This document shows, in pieces, positions 17,799 to 27,366 of a stretch of 37,185 bases of DNA (position 1 is the first letter of the stretch; the number at the start of each line of letters is the position of its first letter). The position numbers were made by a program, and so were the translations under genes. The notes beneath the pieces are model-generated. The model did not search any database and was not told the origin of the DNA. It was given only the letters and a program-made list of their open reading frames with translations. Origin of the DNA: Methanosarcinaceae archaeon (lineage in GTDB: Archaea; Halobacteriota; Methanosarcinia; Methanosarcinales; Methanosarcinaceae); assembly GCA_017613335.1 (NCBI GenBank), contig JAGAEB010000073.1, positions 1 through 37,185 on the forward strand, in the 5' to 3' direction.

Positions 17799-19837
17799 CA
17801 GTTATCACCTTCTTTTTTAAGGCCGGACACATCTCCGATGATGTGTCCGTCGGCCATTGAAATGATCCTGTCCGAAACGGCTTCGGCCATTTCCGGATCG
17901 TGCGTGACCATCAGAATGGTCTTGCCTTCGTTTCTCATATCAATCAGGATCGACATGATCCTGTAAGCTTCTTTCATGTCAAGGCCTGTCGTCGGCTCGT
18001 CAAGAATGACGATCGGCTGATCCATCGCCAGAATGCAGGCCAGCGCAAGGCACTGTCTTTCACCGCGGCTGAGACTGCGGGGGTTCGTGTCCTTTTTCCC
18101 GGACAGGCCGACGATGTCGAGCGCTTTGATGATCCGCGCCTGATCGTCAGATTCTCCGGCCTCTTTTCCGGATCCGCGACGGATGTTCTTCAGACCGAAG
18201 GCGATCTCTTTTTCGCAGGTGCTTTCGAAAAGCATCGTGTCAGGATTCTGGAAGACGAGTCCGACATCTTTTGAGATCTCGTTGACTTTCATACCGGAAA
18301 TGTCTTTTCCGAGGATCTCAACGTATCCGGACTCCGGTTTCAGAAGACCGTTAAGATGCTTGACGAATGTCGTTTTTCCCGATCCGTTCTCACCCAGGAT
18401 CGCAACGATGCATCCGGCCGGGATCTCAACGGAAACGCCGCAAAGCGCCGCTTTGTCAGAGGATTCGTATGTGTGGACGAGATTTTCCGTCCGGACGGCC
18501 GGCGGCAGACCGGAAACGGCCGCTGTCATATCTTTCTTTTCCGGCAGGACGGCACTGTCAGGCAGGCGCAGCTGCGACGCATCAGGCACGCCGTCGTACG
18601 TCATCTTTCCTTTGTCGAGGCAGACGAGACGCGTCGCAAAAGGCAGAACATCGACTGCCATGTGGTCGACCAGAACGACCGTGCGGCCCGAATCGGCCAT
18701 TTCACGGAACAGGCGGTAGAATTTCAGACGTGAATTCCTGTCAAGCTCGGACGTTGCTTCATCAGAGATGAGGATCGGCGTGTTCCTTGAAAGCGCTGCG
18801 GCAATAGCGACGCGCTGCTTCTGTCCGCCGGAAAGCTCATGCGGCGGGCGGTCTTTGATCTCTTTCGTGTCGGTGAGCGCATAGATCTCTTCAAGTTTCT
18901 GATCGATCTCCTCATCGGACAGATCTTCTGCGCCGGATTCAAGGCCGGTCCGTATCTCTTCTTCAACGGTCGTGAAGATCAGCTGGGCATCTGCATCATC
19001 GAATATCATGCAGGCTTCGCGGCTGAGCTCACTGACGCCGCCGTATTCGTCCGCAAAACGACCCGCAACGGCGATCTCGCCTTCGGCCGTTCCGCCGTAG
19101 GCATGGAGAAGGATGCCCGAAAGCGCCCGGCAGAACGTCGTCTTTCCGGAACCGGAAGAACCGGAGACCAGAACGAACTCGCCCTGTCTGATGTTCAGGG
19201 AAATGCCGGACATCGCAGGCACTGAAGTGCCGGCATAAGTGAATCCGGCGTTCTGAAGGGAAATGACTGCTTCTTCAGTTGCCGGCGGCGCATTTTTATG
19301 ATCGATCCTGTTCAGCATGCCTGCTTTCTGCATGAGATTGGCTGCCGGCAGTGCAATGATCATCGAAATGACTGTGTTGGCAATGAGTGCGCCCAGAACG
19401 ATCGGCGTCATGGAAACTGCAAACGCTGCGCCGGCCGCTGCTGTCCAGCCGGCGGAGAAGTGGTTGAAGACACAGATGACCGCAATGAACGTGTAGCCGC
19501 TGAATGCGGTCGCGATCGCCGTCGTGATGCCCGGCGCAAGGCGGGTCCTGTCTTTCAGGAGTCTGTAGACACACAGACAGACGACCGCGCCGACCGGCTC
19601 GGACACGAGATTTCCGAGCGGGAAGACGGAGTGCGAAAACACAGCGCAGATGACACCGGCAATAAAACCGATGCCGAGGGCCTCCCGGAACTTCGGGACG
19701 ACCAGAATGACGGCCAGGCAGTAGAAAGCGATCGTCAGATTCGCGACGATCGCGCCCGGCACGAATAATGAAATATAACGGGCAATGGCCCCGGCGGCAA
19801 GCATGATACCGACGAGGGCGATATCTCTTGATCTCAT
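17798..19837 (-). CDS. Fusion protein: N-terminal about 185-aa six-TM S-component-like domain plus duplicated ECF/ABC ATPase (EcfA-EcfA')
   Basis: There are two complete ABC cassettes, with Walker A GSSGSGKTT and GENGSGKTT and signatures LSGGQKQRV and LSRGERQCL. They are preceded by a hydrophobic domain (MRSRDIALVGIMLAAGAIARYISLF...). Confidence 0.88.
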   Translation of the reverse strand: MRSRDIALVGIMLAAGAIARYISLFVPGAIVANLTIAFYCLAVILVVPKFREALGIGFIAGVICAVFSHSVFPLGNLVSEPVGAVVCLCVYRLLKDRTRLAPGITTAIATAFSGYTFIAVICVFNHFSAGWTAAAGAAFAVSMTPIVLGALIANTVISMIIALPAANLMQKAGMLNRIDHKNAPPATEEAVISLQNAGFTYAGTSVPAMSGISLNIRQGEFVLVSGSSGSGKTTFCRALSGILLHAYGGTAEGEIAVAGRFADEYGGVSELSREACMIFDDADAQLIFTTVEEEIRTGLESGAEDLSDEEIDQKLEEIYALTDTKEIKDRPPHELSGGQKQRVAIAAALSRNTPILISDEATSELDRNSRLKFYRLFREMADSGRTVVLVDHMAVDVLPFATRLVCLDKGKMTYDGVPDASQLRLPDSAVLPEKKDMTAAVSGLPPAVRTENLVHTYESSDKAALCGVSVEIPAGCIVAILGENGSGKTTFVKHLNGLLKPESGYVEILGKDISGMKVNEISKDVGLVFQNPDTMLFESTCEKEIAFGLKNIRRGSGKEAGESDDQARIIKALDIVGLSGKKDTNPRSLSRGERQCLALACILAMDQPIVILDEPTTGLDMKEAYRIMSILIDMRNEGKTILMVTHDPEMAEAVSDRIISMADGHIIGDVSGLKKEGDN

Positions 19838-20044
19838 ATCATATCAATCCGTTCGAGTGGTGTTATTTTTGAACCATAAATGTTTGTATGTAAGCACGAT
19901 TGTACTTTTCTGTGCATCACACAGCAAAACATTGTATTTATACGTTTCGACACCTCCCTGAACCTGAAAGTCCGGAACGATTTTCCGGACGCGAAAATAT
20001 GAATAAAAACAGATCGGAAGACAGACGACAGGAAAAACAGGTGA

Positions 20045-20200
20045 GGCCGGAAAACAGACGACCGGAAAACAAACGGTATCGGAAAACAGACGACTGAAAA
20101 ACAAACGGTATCGGAAAACAGACGACTGAAAAACAAACGGTATCGGAAAACAGACGGCTGAAAAACAAACGGTATCGGAAAACAGACGGCTGAAAAACGA
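20045..20200. repeat. Tandem array, 32-bp unit (AAACAAACGGTATCGGAAAACAGACGACTGAA) x about 4.5
   Basis: AAACGG recurs at 20071, 20103, 20135 and 20167. The array is purine-rich on + and sits in the divergent ECF/pycB spacer. Confidence 0.88.
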
Positions 20201-20260
20201 GACAGAACGGGACTGAATATAACAGAATGAGGCTGAATACGGCTGAATGAGACGGATTTA

Positions 20261-20294
20261 TGTTAACTCACTCACAACGTATTTATAGTTTACA
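20261..20294 (+). promoter_or_regulatory. Candidate BirA operator (TGTTAAC-N20-GTTTACA) overlapping the pycB TATA-like element
   Basis: The imperfect inverted repeat has half-sites at 20261-20267 and 20288-20294. The TATA-like ATTTATAG is at 20281-20288. GGAG is at 20322-20325 and the ATG at 20333. Confidence 0.4.
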
Positions 20295-20332
20295 AACAAA
20301 TAAGGGCCAATTTCAATTATCGGAGACAATTT

Positions 20333-22084
20333 ATGTCGATCAAGATCACAGAAACCATCCTGAGAGATGCTCATCAATCGCTTATCGCTACGCGTATGCG
20401 CACAAGAGACATGCTTGACATTGTTGAAGAACTCGATGACGTCGGTTATTTCTCTCTCGAAATGTGGGGCGGAGCAACTTTTGACTCCTGCATCCGCTAT
20501 CTGAATGAAGATCCGTGGCAGAGACTGCGCGACATCAAGAGCCGCATGAAAAAGACGCCCGCCCAGATGCTCCTGCGCGGCCAGAACCTTGTCGGATACA
20601 GGCATTATTCCGACGATGTCGTCGAGAAATTCGTGACGAAATCCTTTGAAAACGGTATCGACATCTTCCGTATCTTCGATGCCGTCAACGATATCCGCAA
20701 CATGGAGAAATCGATCGTCACCGCCAAAAAGCTCGGCGCCCACGTCCAGGGAACGATCTCCTATACGATCAGCCCGGTCCACACGACCGAAACGTACATC
20801 GATCTTGCGAAAAAGCTTGCGGAAATGGACTGTGACTCCATCTGCATCAAAGACATGGCAGGCCTGCTCTCTCCGGCGGCCGCATCCGAGATCATCCGCG
20901 GCATCAAAAAGGAAGTCGCCATTCCGGTCGATCTTCACACGCACTGCACATCCGGCATGGCGCCGGTCACTTATTACGCCGCCGCCGAGGCCGGCGTCGA
21001 CATCCTCGACACAGCCGTTTCCCCGTTCGCCTGGGGAAGCTCCCAGCCGCCGACGGAATCCATCATCGCCTCCCTCGCGGGAACGCCGTACGACACCGGC
21101 ATCGATCTCTCCGCTTTCAGAAACATCACGCCTTACTTCAAGAACCTCAAAGCCAAATACAACAGCATCTGCAACCCGCTCTCTGAGACGATCGACACGA
21201 ACGTTCTGATCTACCAGATTCCGGGCGGCATGCTCTCCAACCTTGTCTCCCAGTTAAAAGAACAGAACGCCCTTGACAAATACGACGAAGTCCTCAAAGA
21301 AATGCCGCGCGTCAGAGAAGATCTCGGCTACCCGCCGCTCGTCACCCCGACGAGCCAGATCGTCGGCACGCAGGCGGTTCTGAACGTCATGATGGGCGAG
21401 CGCTACAAGGTCATTCCGAAAGAAGTCAAAGACTATGTCGGCGGCTACTACGGAAAAACACCCGCCCCGATCAGAGAAGAGATCATCGCCAAGATCATCA
21501 ACGGCGCCAAGCCGATCACCTGCCGCCCGGCAGATCTCCTGAAGCCGGAATATGAGCGCATGAAGAAAGAAGCCGAAGACCAGGGTCTCATCAAATGCGA
21601 AGAAGACGTCCTGACCTATATCCTCTACCCGGCCATCGCCCCGAAATTCCTGAAAGGCGAAAGCGTTGAAGAGCAGCTGCCGGCCTGCGCCTGCGGCAAC
21701 GACGCCAAACCGGACCTTTCCGCCATCCCGACCGAATTCCATGTCGAAGTCAACGGCGAAGCCTATGATGTCAAAGTCGAACCGAAAGGCTACACCGTCA
21801 GCGCCGCCGCACCGTCAGCGCCCGCCGCCAAAGCCGCGCCGGCAGGCGACCTGAAGAGCAAAGCATCTCTCCCGGGCGCCGTCACGACTTCCATGCAGGG
21901 AATGATCATTTCGATCAAAGCGGCCGTCGGCGAGAAAGTCAATGAAGGCGACCCCATCTGCGTCATCGAAGCCATGAAGATGGAAAACGCCATCGGAGCC
22001 CCGAGATCAGGCATCGTCAAAGAGATCTTCATCTCGGAAGGAGATGCCGTCACGGCCGGCGACGCCCTGATGATCATCGAATAA
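20333..22084 (+). CDS. pycB: Pyruvate carboxylase subunit B (carboxyltransferase plus biotinyl carrier domain)
   Basis: The N-terminus [13 protein letters not shown] is the HMGL-like carboxyltransferase signature. The C-terminus has the EAMKMEN biotinylation motif. Stop codon is TAA. Confidence 0.92.
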   Translation: MSIKITETILRDAHQSLIATRMRTRDMLDIVEELDDVGYFSLEMWGGATFDSCIRYLNEDPWQRLRDIKSRMKKTPAQMLLRGQNLVGYRHYSDDVVEKFVTKSFENGIDIFRIFDAVNDIRNMEKSIVTAKKLGAHVQGTISYTISPVHTTETYIDLAKKLAEMDCDSICIKDMAGLLSPAAASEIIRGIKKEVAIPVDLHTHCTSGMAPVTYYAAAEAGVDILDTAVSPFAWGSSQPPTESIIASLAGTPYDTGIDLSAFRNITPYFKNLKAKYNSICNPLSETIDTNVLIYQIPGGMLSNLVSQLKEQNALDKYDEVLKEMPRVREDLGYPPLVTPTSQIVGTQAVLNVMMGERYKVIPKEVKDYVGGYYGKTPAPIREEIIAKIINGAKPITCRPADLLKPEYERMKKEAEDQGLIKCEEDVLTYILYPAIAPKFLKGESVEEQLPACACGNDAKPDLSAIPTEFHVEVNGEAYDVKVEPKGYTVSAAAPSAPAAKAAPAGDLKSKASLPGAVTTSMQGMIISIKAAVGEKVNEGDPICVIEAMKMENAIGAPRSGIVKEIFISEGDAVTAGDALMIIE

Positions 22085-22113
22085 ACGCATCATCCGGAAA
22101 ACAGGTGAATTTT

Positions 22114-23613
22114 ATGTTTACGAAGATCCTCATCGCCAACAGAGGCGAGATCGCCATCCGTATCATGCGCGCCTGCCGCGAAATGGACATCCGGACCGTT
22201 GCGATCTACTCTGAGGCGGATAAAAACGCCCTTTTCGCACTCTATGCGGATGAAGCTTATCCGGTCGGTCCTTCTCAGGCCTCCAAAAGCTACCTCAACA
22301 TGGACCGCATCCTCGAGATCGCCAAAAATACGGGATGCCAGGCGATCCACCCGGGTTACGGTTTCCTTTCCGAGAACCCGAATTTCGCCCGGCGCTGCGC
22401 CGAAGAAGGCATCGTCTTCATCGGCCCGTCAGCGGACATCATCCACGATCTCGGCAGCAAGATCGAATCCCGCAAGATCGCCAAGCGCGCGGGCATCCCG
22501 ACCGTTCCCGGAACGGAAGAAGCCATCACAGATGTCGATGAAGCGATCCGCATCGCCGAAGAGATCGGCTACCCGGTCCTTCTCAAAGCTTCTGCCGGCG
22601 GCGGCGGCATCGGTATGCGTGTCGTCCGCGACCCTTCCGAATTCAGGGCCGCCCTTGAATCGACCCAGCGCATGGCTGAATCCGCTTTCGGCGATTCTGC
22701 CGTTTTCGTTGAAAAGTATGTTCTCCACCCGCGCCACATCGAGATCCAGATCCTGGCCGACAAGATGGGCAACACTTACTACATTTCCGACAGAGAATGT
22801 TCCATCCAGCGCCGTCACCAGAAACTCATCGAAGAAGCGCCGTCTCCGATCATGACGCCGGAGCTCCGCAAAGAAATGGGCGAAGCCGCCGTCCGGATCG
22901 CTAAAGAGATCGGCTACGAGAACGCCGGAACGGTCGAATTCATCTATTCGAAGGGTCACTATTATTTCCTGGAAGTCAATACGCGTCTGCAGGTCGAACA
23001 CGGTATTTCAGAACTCGTGACCGGCATCGATATCGTCAAAGAACAGATCCGCATTGCAGCGGGTCTTCCGATCAGTTTCACTCAGGAAGATATCCATATC
23101 ACCGGTCATGCGATCGAGTGCCGTATCAATGCAGAAAATCCGCTCAACGATTTCGCGCCGTCTCCGGGAAGGCTCATCCGCTACCGTTCATCAGGCGGCC
23201 CCGGCATCCGTGTCGACAGCGGTGTCCACACCGGCTACACGATCTCTCCTTACTATGATTCCATGATCTCGAAACTCTGCGCCTACGGCAGAACGAGGGA
23301 AGAGGCGATCGCCCGCATGAAAAGGGCGCTTTATGAGTATGTGGTCCTCGGCGTGACGACGAACATTCCTTTCCACAAAGCTGTGATGGAGTGCGAAGCG
23401 TTCCACAGAGGCGAGCTTTCGACGGGCTTCATCGATGACAACAACATCATCGAAAAAGTCAAAGAGATCTCTGTCCGCGATTCAGCCAAAGGCTCAACGC
23501 TGGCGTCCGCGCTTGAAGCCAATGAGCCGGTCATCGCTGCGATCACAGCCGCTGTCGGTTCTTATGTGGCGATGGCTCATAATATGGATCTCACGGAAAA
23601 ACCGGGAAACTGA
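22114..23613 (+). CDS. pycA: Pyruvate carboxylase subunit A (biotin carboxylase)
   Basis: [17 protein letters not shown]..., the ATP-grasp [14 protein letters not shown] and [10 protein letters not shown] are biotin carboxylase motifs. The ATG at 22114 follows AGGTGA. The track's GTG at 22105 lies inside that SD. Confidence 0.92.
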   Translation: MFTKILIANRGEIAIRIMRACREMDIRTVAIYSEADKNALFALYADEAYPVGPSQASKSYLNMDRILEIAKNTGCQAIHPGYGFLSENPNFARRCAEEGIVFIGPSADIIHDLGSKIESRKIAKRAGIPTVPGTEEAITDVDEAIRIAEEIGYPVLLKASAGGGGIGMRVVRDPSEFRAALESTQRMAESAFGDSAVFVEKYVLHPRHIEIQILADKMGNTYYISDRECSIQRRHQKLIEEAPSPIMTPELRKEMGEAAVRIAKEIGYENAGTVEFIYSKGHYYFLEVNTRLQVEHGISELVTGIDIVKEQIRIAAGLPISFTQEDIHITGHAIECRINAENPLNDFAPSPGRLIRYRSSGGPGIRVDSGVHTGYTISPYYDSMISKLCAYGRTREEAIARMKRALYEYVVLGVTTNIPFHKAVMECEAFHRGELSTGFIDDNNIIEKVKEISVRDSAKGSTLASALEANEPVIAAITAAVGSYVAMAHNMDLTEKPGN

Positions 23614-23826
23614 TCGGGAAAATCAAAAACAGAAATCCGCAGCAGCCGATCCGGGCCGGAAGGAAGACCGGTCCGGCCGGCAGATACGGAATAAAAAATC
23701 TGAAGAAGAAACAGAACTCAGAGGCTGGAATCTGCCTTCTGAAAAGTAATCAGCAATTCTGATGATGAAATAATAATTCTGACGCGGAAATCAATATTCG
23801 GAATATCTGTATCCGGAGGATTCTTT

Positions 23827-24801
23827 ATGAACAGTATCAGAACACAGATTGTCAATGAACTGAAAGAGGCTGACGGGAAAAACGTTTCCGGTGAATATCT
23901 CGGCGAGAAGCTGGGAATTTCAAGGACCATGATCTGCAAATACATCAAAAAGCTTCGCGAAGACGGCTATGAGATTTCTTCTTCGCCGAAAAAGGGCTAC
24001 TGCCTGAAATCTGTCCCGAAGCTGATGTATCCGGAAGAGATCTCATCGGGTCTTGAAACGACTCTTTTCGGCCGGAATATCATTTATTATGAAGAAGCAG
24101 GCTCTTCCAACGATATCGCCAAAAGCATCGCCGCCGATTCCGAAGAAGGGACGATCGTCGTCGTTGAGCAGCAGACCGGCGGCCGCGGCCGTCTGGGCCG
24201 TTCCTGGTCATCACCCAAAGGCGGCATTACTTTTTCGATCATCCTCAAGCCCAAGATCGCGCTCGGCGCGGCATCCCGGCTGACGCTGATGACGGGTCTC
24301 TGCGTCGCAAACGTCATGAGAGCCTACGGTCTCAACGCCAGGATCAAATGGCCCAACGATGTCCTTATCGACGGTGACAAGATCTGCGGCATCCTGACAG
24401 AAGTCGAAGCCGAGATCGATACGGTCAAGTTTGTCGTCATCGGCATCGGTATCAATGCCAACATCAGTCTCAGGGACATGCCCGAAGAAATGCGCGAAAA
24501 CACGACGACCATACGCGACCATCTCGGCTGCAGCATCGACCGCGTCGACTTCCTGAAAAAGCTTCTTTATGAAATGGAACAGCAGTATATCCGTTTCAGC
24601 ACCGTGCCTTTTACGGAGATCCTGAGCGACATCGTCGCTCTTTCAGACACCATCGGCCGCAGCCTGAAAGTCGTGACACCCAACCGCATCATCGAAGGAA
24701 AAGCCGTCGGCATCTCTCAGTCCGGCGCTCTTCTGATCAGAAAAGAAGACGGAGAGATTGAAGAGATCATTGCCGGCAGATGCACTTACTCACGTTCCTG
24801 A
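23827..24801 (+). CDS. birA: Bifunctional biotin-protein ligase / transcriptional repressor BirA
   Basis: It has an N-terminal winged-HTH (GEYLGEKLGISRTMICKYIKKLREDGYEI), the ligase motif GRGRLGRSW and KWPND. GGAGGA lies upstream. Confidence 0.92.
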   Translation: MNSIRTQIVNELKEADGKNVSGEYLGEKLGISRTMICKYIKKLREDGYEISSSPKKGYCLKSVPKLMYPEEISSGLETTLFGRNIIYYEEAGSSNDIAKSIAADSEEGTIVVVEQQTGGRGRLGRSWSSPKGGITFSIILKPKIALGAASRLTLMTGLCVANVMRAYGLNARIKWPNDVLIDGDKICGILTEVEAEIDTVKFVVIGIGINANISLRDMPEEMRENTTTIRDHLGCSIDRVDFLKKLLYEMEQQYIRFSTVPFTEILSDIVALSDTIGRSLKVVTPNRIIEGKAVGISQSGALLIRKEDGEIEEIIAGRCTYSRS

Positions 24802-24871
24802 AAAATACGTCCGGCAGAAAGCCGGACAGGGATCCCGGATCCGGAGATTTCCGATCGGGAAATGTTGTGTT

Positions 24872-24948
24872 TCCCTGATGACCGGTTGTCTTTAAATCCC
24901 TGATGACCCGGTTGTCTTTAAATCCCTGATGACCTTTTTGTCTTTAAA
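24872..24948 (+). repeat. Three tandem 25-26-bp copies of TCCCTGATGACC(N)GTTGTCTTTAAA, each ending in a TATA-like TTTAAA
   Basis: Direct reading places the copies at 24872-24896, 24897-24922 and 24923-24948, immediately upstream of the surface-protein gene. Confidence 0.8.
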
Positions 24949-24968
24949 TGAGAGACCATATCCCGGAG

Positions 24969-26021
24969 ATGAAAAATACGATACCTTCAAAGAGAAAAAA
25001 CAATCTCGGATTTTTCATTTCCGTTCTTTTTTCGGGTTTATTGGTCTTCAGTCTCCTTTTCAGCAGTCCTTTTCTGATTTCCGGCGCATCTGCCGCCCGG
25101 ATTGTCCCGCTCCCGTCTCCTGATCCGTCCCCTGATCCTTTTTCCGACATGTCGGCTGTGATCTCTGAACTGAATGATCACTCGGGCATCCCGTTATCGG
25201 ATGAGACGATATATGCCCGTGAAGGCGTTCTTTACGATATCGGCCAGAATTATTCTTTCCTGATCAAAGGAAGCGTTCAGGACAGGGTCACAAAAATATG
25301 GATCGAGCTGTATTATATGCCTCAGACCGGCAGAAGAGTCACGATCGACAGTTTCGTCCTCAAAGAAAACGAATCTTTCGTCTGCAGCAGGCTCGTCACG
25401 ATCGGCAGCGGAAAGGATGATCCGGAAAACGGGGATCCTTCCGGGCCGCATGAAGCAGATGGTGCAGACACCGCGACCGCTCCTGCAGATGCGCAGACCG
25501 GTCATGAGGCAGCCGTCTTCTCTTTTCCGGTCATCACCGCTTCATATTCAAGGACTTACCTGCACGACGAATCTTCTCTGATCGAATTCAGTCCGTTTAC
25601 CGTCTTCAGAGATCCCGTCAGAGAATGCGGTCTCGACGATTCTGACATGAACATGAACTGGTCTGTCGAACACAGGCACGAAAACGACAGCACCGGAAAT
25701 CTTCCCGATCCGGGAACCGACGACGGAAATGTCCCGTCTGCCACCGGCAACGAAAACGATCCGCCCGGCACAGACGACGCGGACAGTCCCTCCGCCTCAG
25801 ACGACGGTCACAATCCTTCCGCCTCAGACGACGGCAGCAGTCCGTCTGTCACAGACGATCCGGAAAACAGGCCTTCCCGCAGTCCCGGTCCGGCCGGGAC
25901 GGGCATATCCGATCCGTTCGGCGATCCTGAAAACATCATTCCGGGAATCCCGGCCGCCCTGATCCTTTCAGGCATCTTTGCCGCGGCAGGTATCATTTAT
26001 TTCAGAAACCGGCGTGCCTGA
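24969..26021 (+). CDS. Secreted or surface-anchored protein: N-terminal signal/TM, acidic Pro/Ser/Asp repeats, C-terminal TM plus basic tail
   Basis: MKNTIPSKRKNNLGFFISVLFSGLLVFSLLF...SGASAA looks like a signal peptide. The repeats are D-D-x-x-x-P-S-A-S/T. The C-terminus is PGIPAALILSGIFAAAGIIYFRNRRA. An alternative start is ATG 24948. Confidence 0.65.
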   Translation: MKNTIPSKRKNNLGFFISVLFSGLLVFSLLFSSPFLISGASAARIVPLPSPDPSPDPFSDMSAVISELNDHSGIPLSDETIYAREGVLYDIGQNYSFLIKGSVQDRVTKIWIELYYMPQTGRRVTIDSFVLKENESFVCSRLVTIGSGKDDPENGDPSGPHEADGADTATAPADAQTGHEAAVFSFPVITASYSRTYLHDESSLIEFSPFTVFRDPVRECGLDDSDMNMNWSVEHRHENDSTGNLPDPGTDDGNVPSATGNENDPPGTDDADSPSASDDGHNPSASDDGSSPSVTDDPENRPSRSPGPAGTGISDPFGDPENIIPGIPAALILSGIFAAAGIIYFRNRRA

Positions 26022-26026
26022 TATTG

Positions 26027-26128
26027 TTTATGATGCCGTCTGTGATGCCGGTTATGACACCGTCTATGATGCCGTCTATGATGCCATCTATATGATGCCG
26101 TTTATGACACCGTTTATGATGCCGTCTG
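26027..26128. repeat. Tandem array, 12-bp unit (TATGATGCCGTC) x about 8
   Basis: Direct reading, with variants TGTGATGCCGGT and TATGACACCGTC. Confidence 0.8.
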
Positions 26129-26325
26129 CCGGATCATGCCTGTCGGAATATTTCCCGGGATGCAGTGATTTTTTATCCCGGGCGGGATCATCGTTTTCCG
26201 AAATCCAAATGTATATATACGATGTATCAATATGTTTACCAAAAATCTCTGATACGTTTACATTTGGACCGGAAAAGATCTTTTCTTTTCCCGTCCGGAT
26301 TTCCGGCGGTCAGTTTCAGAACGGG

Positions 26326-27279
26326 GTGATCAGCATAAAAGACAATATTGATACCGAAAAACAAAATCCCGGACAGCAGACATCATCCTCCGGTCCGGGA
26401 GACACTGTCGGAAAGATACCCGGAAGACCGGTCGTCGAAGTCATCGACGTCTGCAAATCTTATCAGATGGGCACGGAATCGGTCTCTGTTCTGAACCACA
26501 TCAATTTCACAGTACAGGAAGGCGAATTCGTTTCCATCGTCGGCCCGTCGGGTTCCGGCAAAAGTACGATCATGAATCTGCTCGGCTGTCTGGACAGACC
26601 GACATCCGGAACGATCCTGATCAACGGTCAGGATGTCAGCCTCATGAACGACAGACAGCTGGCAAATCTGCGCGGTCTTGAGATCGGCTTCATTTTCCAG
26701 AAATACAATCTCGTCTCAAGACTGAATGTCCTCGACAATGTCCTCCTGCCGACATTTGCCAACAAAAAGCCGGACACAGACACAAAACAAAGAGCCCTTG
26801 ATCTTCTTGAAATGGTCGGTCTGTCGGATCATATTTACCACAGACCCTCCGAACTTTCAGGCGGACAGTCCCAAAGAGTGGCCATCGCGCGCGCCCTGAT
26901 CAATGATCCGACGATCGTCCTCGCCGACGAACCGACAGGCGCCCTCGATTCCAAATCAGGCGACGACGTCATGAACATTTTTTCGGAAATGAATCAGAGA
27001 GGCGCAACGATCATCATGATCACGCACAACAGAGAACTCGCCGAAAGAACGGACAGGATCATTTCCGTCAAAGACGGATACATCATCCGATCGTTCTGTC
27101 TGCCCGCCTGCACAGTGTTGTTCAGTGTTCGTCTGTTCAGTGTTCGTCTGTTCAGTGTTCGTCTGTTCAGTGTTCATCTGTTCAGTGTTCATCTGTTCAG
27201 TGTTCATCTGTTCAGTCTGTGCATCCGTTCTGATTTGCTCAGCTTATTCATCTTTCAGTTTATTCATCTTTCAGTTTAA
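26326..27279 (+). CDS. ABC transporter ATP-binding protein, MacB/LolD-type
   Basis: [14 protein letters not shown]...GPSGSGKST...[15 protein letters not shown]...[10 protein letters not shown]. The start is uncertain: GTG 26326 is the last in-frame start before the core, and ATG 26209 is the alternative. The C-terminal about 55 aa is encoded by a 15-bp tandem array. Stop codon is TAA. Confidence 0.8.
   Translation: MISIKDNIDTEKQNPGQQTSSSGPGDTVGKIPGRPVVEVIDVCKSYQMGTESVSVLNHINFTVQEGEFVSIVGPSGSGKSTIMNLLGCLDRPTSGTILINGQDVSLMNDRQLANLRGLEIGFIFQKYNLVSRLNVLDNVLLPTFANKKPDTDTKQRALDLLEMVGLSDHIYHRPSELSGGQSQRVAIARALINDPTIVLADEPTGALDSKSGDDVMNIFSEMNQRGATIIMITHNRELAERTDRIISVKDGYIIRSFCLPACTVLFSVRLFSVRLFSVRLFSVHLFSVHLFSVHLFSLCIRSDLLSLFIFQFIHLSV
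27113..27218. repeat. Tandem array, 15-bp unit (TTCAGTGTTCGTCTG / ...CATCTG) x6-7, inside the 3' end of the ABC ATPase ORF
   Basis: Direct reading. It translates as (LFSVR)x3(LFSVH)x3. Confidence 0.9.
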
Positions 27280-27366
27280 TTCCGGCTGATCACGATCCGG
27301 TCTGTCTGTTTCTGTCATCGGACCGGGCTCCGGTCATCCGGAAAGATCAAAAATCGGAGAATTGTT

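Noticed and set aside
19838-19960. A riboswitch (for example TPP or cobalamin) in the leader of the ECF transporter.
   Set aside because: I could not find the conserved TPP core (CUGAGA ... ACCUGAUCUGGAUAAUGCCAGCG-like) or other recognisable riboswitch cores on the - strand. The leader is only about 70 nt. It is retained only as a possible protein operator (palindrome 19910-19924).
20258-20944. A 228-aa - strand ORF opposite pycB. Similar cases are 21254..21742, 22429..23001 and 994..1332.
   Set aside because: These are antisense shadows of strongly supported genes. Their products are Asp/Arg/Gly-rich with no motifs.
23757-23783. A C/D-box sRNA-like pattern (ATGATGA ... 10 nt ... CTGA) in the pycA-birA spacer.
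   Set aside because: Only one box pair is present, with no second C'/D' or terminal C/D set. The guide region is too short (10 nt) and is pure A/T, and there is no terminal stem. This is probably chance.
25978-26325. The track's ATG at 25978 as the start of the ABC ATPase (433-aa model).
   Set aside because: That start lies inside the preceding surface-protein gene. The frame then passes through the 12-bp tandem array, a hairpin/T-run and an AT-rich TATATATA element before reaching the NBD, so a downstream start is far more likely (GTG 26326, or ATG 26209).
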